Source: Patescibacteria group bacterium (lineage in GTDB: Bacteria; Patescibacteriota; Patescibacteriia; UBA10025; JAHIVO01). Taken from it: 64,000 nucleotides of DNA. This document shows positions 59,870 through 64,000 of the stretch, one piece after another (within the stretch, counting starts at the first letter, position 1; each line of letters begins with the position of its first letter). The notes below the pieces were generated by a model. That model was given only the letters and a program-made list of their open reading frames with translations, was not told the origin of the DNA and did not search any database. Location: NCBI GenBank assembly GCA_028718605.1, contig JAQULM010000002.1, positions 257,776 to 321,775 of the forward strand, given 5' to 3'. The position numbers and the translations under genes are program-made.

Positions 59870-59930
59870 CCTCCCCCGTCATTCTGCTACAATACGAATG
59901 CATAATCATTAACCACAAAGGGACCCCCAT

Positions 59931-60488
59931 ATGAAAAAGACATATGAAAACCTGCTGAAAGCAATCGCAGGAGAGTCAATGGCCCGGAATAAGTACACTT
60001 TTTTCGCTAAGCAAGCGCGCAAAGAAGGTTACGAATGGATCGCACGCGTCTTTGAAGAAACAGCGGATAACGAACGCGCCCATGCCGAGGAAGAGCTGGA
60101 ATACATCCCGGAAAAAACGGAGATGACCAATACATACGACATCCACCCGGTTGCCGACACGCTGACAAACCTGAAACATGCAGCCGAGGGGGAAGAATAC
60201 GAGTTCGGCACCATGTACCCTGATTTCCAAAAAGTTGCCGAGGAAGAAGGAGAGAAAGACATCGCTGAATTATTCAAGCGAATTGCGATGGTCGAGGAAA
60301 AACATGCAGAACGGTATCGCATCCTCCTCAAAAAACTCGAAGACGGCACGCTGTACGCAAGCGAAAAGGAAATCGAATGGAAATGCGAGAATTGCGGATA
60401 CATCCATAAGGGTAAAAACGCGCCGGGCAAATGCCCGCTCTGCAAAAAAGCCCAAGGGTGGTACCGCGGGCTCGGTATTGTCCGATAA
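59931..60488 (+). CDS. Rubrerythrin.
   Basis: Ferritin-like E..EXXH pairs (ESMARNKY, ADNERAHAEE, EGEEYEF, MVEEKHAERY) and a C-terminal rubredoxin-like CENCGY...CPLCK. Confidence 0.85.
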   Translation: MKKTYENLLKAIAGESMARNKYTFFAKQARKEGYEWIARVFEETADNERAHAEEELEYIPEKTEMTNTYDIHPVADTLTNLKHAAEGEEYEFGTMYPDFQKVAEEEGEKDIAELFKRIAMVEEKHAERYRILLKKLEDGTLYASEKEIEWKCENCGYIHKGKNAPGKCPLCKKAQGWYRGLGIVR

Positions 60489-60506
60489 ACAGCGACTGGA
60501 AATCCA

Positions 60507-60884
60507 GTGCAAGCCCAAAACCGGACACCGCTTGATTCCCACGAAATAGCGCACCGCCCATTCACCGGTACGGCGTGGTTGCACCTGTGTGCAATTATCG
60601 TTATCTGGGCATCGCCGTTCCTGTTCCGCTGGCCTGTTATTGCCGCAGGCATCGCGCTCTATTTCATCCAGATACTCTGGCTTGGCGACTGCGTGCTGAC
60701 ACGGCAGCAGTTCAAAACACAGCGCCGAAGCGTAACATTCTACTACTACCTCCTCACTCGGCTCGGATTCACGCCAGACGGGTACCGCGTGCGGTTCGTC
60801 GCTGACTACGTCATGCCGCCGATCATCCTGGGAGCAAGTATCGTATGGCAGGTGGTTTTCGTGAAAGAACCTCTGATTTGGTAA
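60507..60884 (+). CDS. Small membrane protein, hypothetical.
   Basis: Three hydrophobic helices. GTG start. Confidence 0.3.
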   Translation: MQAQNRTPLDSHEIAHRPFTGTAWLHLCAIIVIWASPFLFRWPVIAAGIALYFIQILWLGDCVLTRQQFKTQRRSVTFYYYLLTRLGFTPDGYRVRFVADYVMPPIILGASIVWQVVFVKEPLIW

Positions 60885-60947
60885 ATATTAACCAGGCCAG
60901 ATGTATGAAACGTCGGCCTGGTTACACAATCGCGCACGTGCCTTCGA

Positions 60948-61205
60948 TCATCCAGGAACATGTTCGCGTGCCCGCACCGGACACCTCTCCACGAGGCATA
61001 ATTCACATGCTTCGTGCCATGTTGAACTTGCAGCAAACAAGATAGCTGAGTCAGCAGGAAAGGTGCCTGAGCCATCCCACCGATGTACGCACCCCTGAGG
61101 GAAGAAATCACGGACGGCAAGGAGCGCCCGGACTGACTGCCGTGTTTTATCTGATACTGGCATTGGCTTCCTCCGCAATGTAGCGAGTACGATTTTAATT
61201 TTCAT
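60948..61205 (-). CDS. Hypothetical small protein (85 aa), possibly leaderless.
   Basis: Minus-strand TTGACA-17-TACACT lies immediately (2 nt) upstream of the ATG. GAAGG lies 8 nt upstream. No homology recognised. Confidence 0.25.
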   Translation of the reverse strand: MKIKIVLATLRRKPMPVSDKTRQSVRALLAVRDFFPQGCVHRWDGSGTFPADSAILFAASSTWHEACELCLVERCPVRAREHVPG

Positions 61206-61249
61206 CAGTGTACCTTCGTGCCTTTAAATTGTCAATCACTCGTATGTGA

Positions 61250-61278
61250 TTGACAAAAACCTTTTTTTCCGCTATAAT
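61250..61278 (+). promoter_or_regulatory. Consensus promoter TTGACA-17-TATAAT, second copy of the module at 10548.
   Basis: Perfect hexamers. The -35 is embedded in the palindrome TTGTCAATCAC-N7-GTGATTGACAA (61229-61257). A-rich leader. About 190-nt 5' UTR before the large repeat-protein gene. Confidence 0.55.
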
Positions 61279-61467
61279 AACGTTAGAAATCAAAAATAAA
61301 AATCAGAAAAATAATGTCTAATGCCTATCACATGCGCAGTGGCGAGGGGAATTGCATTTGGATAGGAGGTACTGCCATACGAGCGGTGTACGCTAGATAC
61401 TGCCCGAAGGTTTTTTATATAATTCATTTTCATATACTACTACATTTAAAAAAATAATCGTATCACT

Positions 61468-64000
61468 ATGATTTCACGGAAAGCTCTCAAATTAATACAC
61501 TCCGCCGCATCTATCGTGACGATTCTCGCCATGATTGGGCCATTCTCATTCCAGGGCATGCCGATCGCGCAGGCAGCTGGCGCAGGCAGCGCAAATATCA
61601 CGGGTGTCGTGACAGAACCAGACGGCACCACGCCCGTTGCCTACGCCTTTATCAATATCCATACGAGCACCTGGGACTACTATCTAGGGGCATCGGCGAA
61701 TGAAGCTGGCGCTTTTACCTTCTCCGACGTGCCTGCGGGTTCCTATATACTCGAAGTATGGGCGAACGACGATACATACATTGACCCGCCGAGCCAAACC
61801 ATCACGGTTCCTTCGAGCGGCACGCTCGATGTCGGCACGCTCCGACTAAAAAATCCGAATGTCACTGGTGTTGTCCTGAAAATGGATGGTGTTACTCCCG
61901 TCGCGACTGCAGGGCTCAATCTGCACAACAGTGACTGGTCATATCAACGTTCGGCATCAACGAATGCGGATGGCGAATTTGCCTATTATCTCGGCGCAAG
62001 TGGAACATATACGCTGGAAGTGTGGGCAAATGACCCCGATGGGGCAAACCCGCCCCCGACAGTGTTTAATTTCACCGCAGGCGGGTCAAAATCATTCACG
62101 GGGGCAAACGCGTTGACCCTTCAGGCGCCGAGCGTCCGAGGTAAAATTCTCCTGCCTGACGGCATAACCCCGGCACCGTACGCTAATGTCAGCGTTCATG
62201 ACGAATACTATGCGTACGAAAATTCCGACTGGGTGACGACTGATGCTGATGGCCTTTTTAAAACGAAAAGCCTTGAGGCCGGCACGTATACGATTGAAAT
62301 GACGAACCTCTCTGGTGCTGGCGAGGGGCTCCTTGCGCCCGACGCGCTCACCGCAACGGTAACTGCGGGAACGACGAACACCTACTATCTCACCCACCCC
62401 ATTGTGCTCCAGGAGGCAAAAAAAACCATCCGCGGCACCGTGACAACGCCTGACGGAACGCCTATCACTGACGGGATAGTAAATGCGTGGAGAATGGATG
62501 GAGGCATGGGCAACGCTACAGCAACAACCGACAGCAAGGGGCGATACTCCCTCCTCGTCGGCATGGGAAAATGGCAGGTTATGGTGAACCCTACCTGGAC
62601 CGATGGACAACCAACATGGGGGTACAACGAAATGCCGGTAACTGTAAAATTCGAGCAAGCAAATACAATCGCCGAAACAAAGACCGCCAATTTCGAAGTG
62701 ACAGAGTACACCGCAACAATTACCGGCCGCGTCCTCAATCCAAACGGTTCGATACCGGAGATGAATGAAGTGAACGTAAACGCGTGGAACCCTGGCGGAG
62801 GAGGCGGTGCGTGGGGCCAGATTGATGACGGCGGATATTTTTCCTTGCGAGTCGGGGCAGGCACGTATCAAGTGGAAATTATGCCAAATAACGAAGAGTA
62901 TGGAGCGCCTGAAATCGGACTCATAACTGTCGCTGACGGGGAAACAAAAAATGTCGGCACAAACCGCCTCGTGGTAAAGGATGAATTTATTACCGGCAAA
63001 GTGATCGATTCCAACGGCACGCCGCTCGCGGACCAAGACGTAAACGCATGGAAAGCAACCGGCTCGGGCTGGGGCTGGACGATGACGGATGAGAATGGGG
63101 AATTTACGCTCGGAGTGACGTCAGGTGCGTGGTTCGTCGACGTGATGACGGGCGGCGGCTCTACGGGCGCGGGGGGTGGAGACGGGACGGGAGAAACCGT
63201 ATACGTGCGAACTGATCCTCCACAAAAAATTCTCCTCGACGAAGACGAAACGGTCAGCAATATACTCTTTGAGCTTGCTATCGCAGACGCGACAATCAAC
63301 GGCACCGTACAGGATGACAGCGATACGGTGCTCTCGGATCTGAATGCGTGGGCTGAAGCAACTGACGCCAACCGAACGATGGGTTCGGGAATGGGCGACG
63401 AGGGATATAGCGGCCTGGGGGGTGAGGTGCAGAACGGTAGCTTCTCCATCAAGGTACCTGCGGGCACGTACAATATTAGCGTCTTCATGCCATGGGGATC
63501 TGATTATACGGCCTCCTCAGCCACCTCAGTCACGGTCGATTCTGGGGAAACGTATAATGGCGCTGTCGTGACGGTACTGCCGAATAATGCAACAATCAGC
63601 GGTTCGCTCGTCGATAAAAACGGTGACCCAGTAACCGACGTATGGGGCGAAGTTTTTGCAGACAACGGCATGGGCGGCAACCAATGGGCCCAATTCGAGG
63701 ATGGAACGTATGAGCTGAATGTATCCGCCGGCGAATGGAATATCGGATACTGGACTGACCCGCTGTCCGGGTACCTCCCGAGCAATTCCCATGGTGACTC
63801 AGTGGCTGCGGTCGCTGACAAAATAGTAACGCATGACCTGACCCTGCTCCAGGCTGACTCAACCATCACCGGCACAGTGCTGGACCCGGACGGCAATCCT
63901 CTGAAAAACGTATGGGTTTCGGCAGATACCGAGCTTGGCGGAAGGCAGAGCGGTGCTGATGACTCTCTGTTCTACGACCCCATGTTCAACCAGGGTAATA
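61468..64000 (+). CDS. Very large secreted protein made of tandem CarboxypepD_reg-like (prealbumin-like) repeats. The 5' partial continues beyond the window and is not in the supplied ORF track.
   Basis: I verified codon by codon that the frame is open from the ATG at 61468 to 64000 (844 codons). Signal peptide MISRKALKLIHSAASIVTILAMIGPFSFQGMPIAQA. At least nine repeats of about 85 aa share the pattern [IV]xGxVxxxxGxPxxxAxVxxxxxx ... DxxGxFxxxxxxGxYxxxxxxxG (e.g. ITGVVTEPDGTTPVAYAFINI...AGAFTFSDVPAGSYILEVWANDD). Confidence 0.75.
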   Translation, partial: MISRKALKLIHSAASIVTILAMIGPFSFQGMPIAQAAGAGSANITGVVTEPDGTTPVAYAFINIHTSTWDYYLGASANEAGAFTFSDVPAGSYILEVWANDDTYIDPPSQTITVPSSGTLDVGTLRLKNPNVTGVVLKMDGVTPVATAGLNLHNSDWSYQRSASTNADGEFAYYLGASGTYTLEVWANDPDGANPPPTVFNFTAGGSKSFTGANALTLQAPSVRGKILLPDGITPAPYANVSVHDEYYAYENSDWVTTDADGLFKTKSLEAGTYTIEMTNLSGAGEGLLAPDALTATVTAGTTNTYYLTHPIVLQEAKKTIRGTVTTPDGTPITDGIVNAWRMDGGMGNATATTDSKGRYSLLVGMGKWQVMVNPTWTDGQPTWGYNEMPVTVKFEQANTIAETKTANFEVTEYTATITGRVLNPNGSIPEMNEVNVNAWNPGGGGGAWGQIDDGGYFSLRVGAGTYQVEIMPNNEEYGAPEIGLITVADGETKNVGTNRLVVKDEFITGKVIDSNGTPLADQDVNAWKATGSGWGWTMTDENGEFTLGVTSGAWFVDVMTGGGSTGAGGGDGTGETVYVRTDPPQKILLDEDETVSNILFELAIADATINGTVQDDSDTVLSDLNAWAEATDANRTMGSGMGDEGYSGLGGEVQNGSFSIKVPAGTYNISVFMPWGSDYTASSATSVTVDSGETYNGAVVTVLPNNATISGSLVDKNGDPVTDVWGEVFADNGMGGNQWAQFEDGTYELNVSAGEWNIGYWTDPLSGYLPSNSHGDSVAAVADKIVTHDLTLLQADSTITGTVLDPDGNPLKNVWVSADTELGGRQSGADDSLFYDPMFNQGN

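Noticed and set aside
62092-63896. Minus-strand ORFs 62092-63036 (314 aa), 62385-62864, 62868-63488 and 63504-63896 in the track.
   Set aside because: They lie antisense to the verified uninterrupted plus-strand repeat-protein frame and have Arg/Cys/His-rich low-complexity translations typical of GC-rich shadow frames.

Overview
This 64-kb window looks like a small-genome bacterium, with many features typical of Candidate Phyla Radiation/Patescibacteria-like genomes. The features pointing that way are ~50-55% GC overall, few Shine-Dalgarno sites and several SD-less starts, a 23S-5S rRNA operon with no 16S in the 33 kb upstream, and many lipoproteins and lamin-tail-domain surface proteins. It also carries two clearly low-GC islands.

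Core genes: purF, prs and purD; rpsT, holA, polA and ssb; plsC and suhB; an ECF sigma/anti-sigma pair; a histidine kinase with a stand-alone receiver; rubrerythrin and flavodoxin; a class III aminotransferase beside an Orn/Lys-type decarboxylase.

RNA genes: a 23S rRNA (~3.1 kb, with a ~75-nt hairpin expansion) followed by 5S; tRNA-Leu(TAG); tRNA-Ser(CGA).

Observations that seem to merit follow-up:
1. An ORF of at least 844 aa on the + strand, 61468 to the window end, made of tandem CarboxypepD_reg-like repeats. It is absent from the supplied ORF track because it runs off the end.
2. A GIY-YIG endonuclease ORF between a truncated, hairpin-disrupted tRNA-Ser 5' fragment and an intact tRNA-Ser that has a 14-bp extended acceptor inverted repeat. 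A short GC-rich hairpin repeat family recurs around it.
3. A 19-bp direct repeat of the tRNA-Leu 3' end 146 bp downstream of the tRNA, the second copy carrying an encoded CCA.
4. A low-GC island (~22.1-24.2 kb) encoding a Cys/Trp/Gly-rich lipoprotein followed by three tandem paralogous ~90-aa membrane proteins. This is a candidate toxin/bacteriocin-immunity module.
5. Two near-identical consensus promoter modules (TTGACA-17-TATAAT plus an A-rich leader) at 10548 and 61250. The first drives a ~110-nt transcript ending in an intrinsic terminator, a candidate sRNA.
6. Domain fusions: a RibL-like nucleotidyltransferase fused to a VanX-type D-Ala-D-Ala dipeptidase, and a ribbon-helix-helix domain fused to a sugar-1-phosphate nucleotidyltransferase.

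Every product call here comes from motif recognition by eye; no database search was run.
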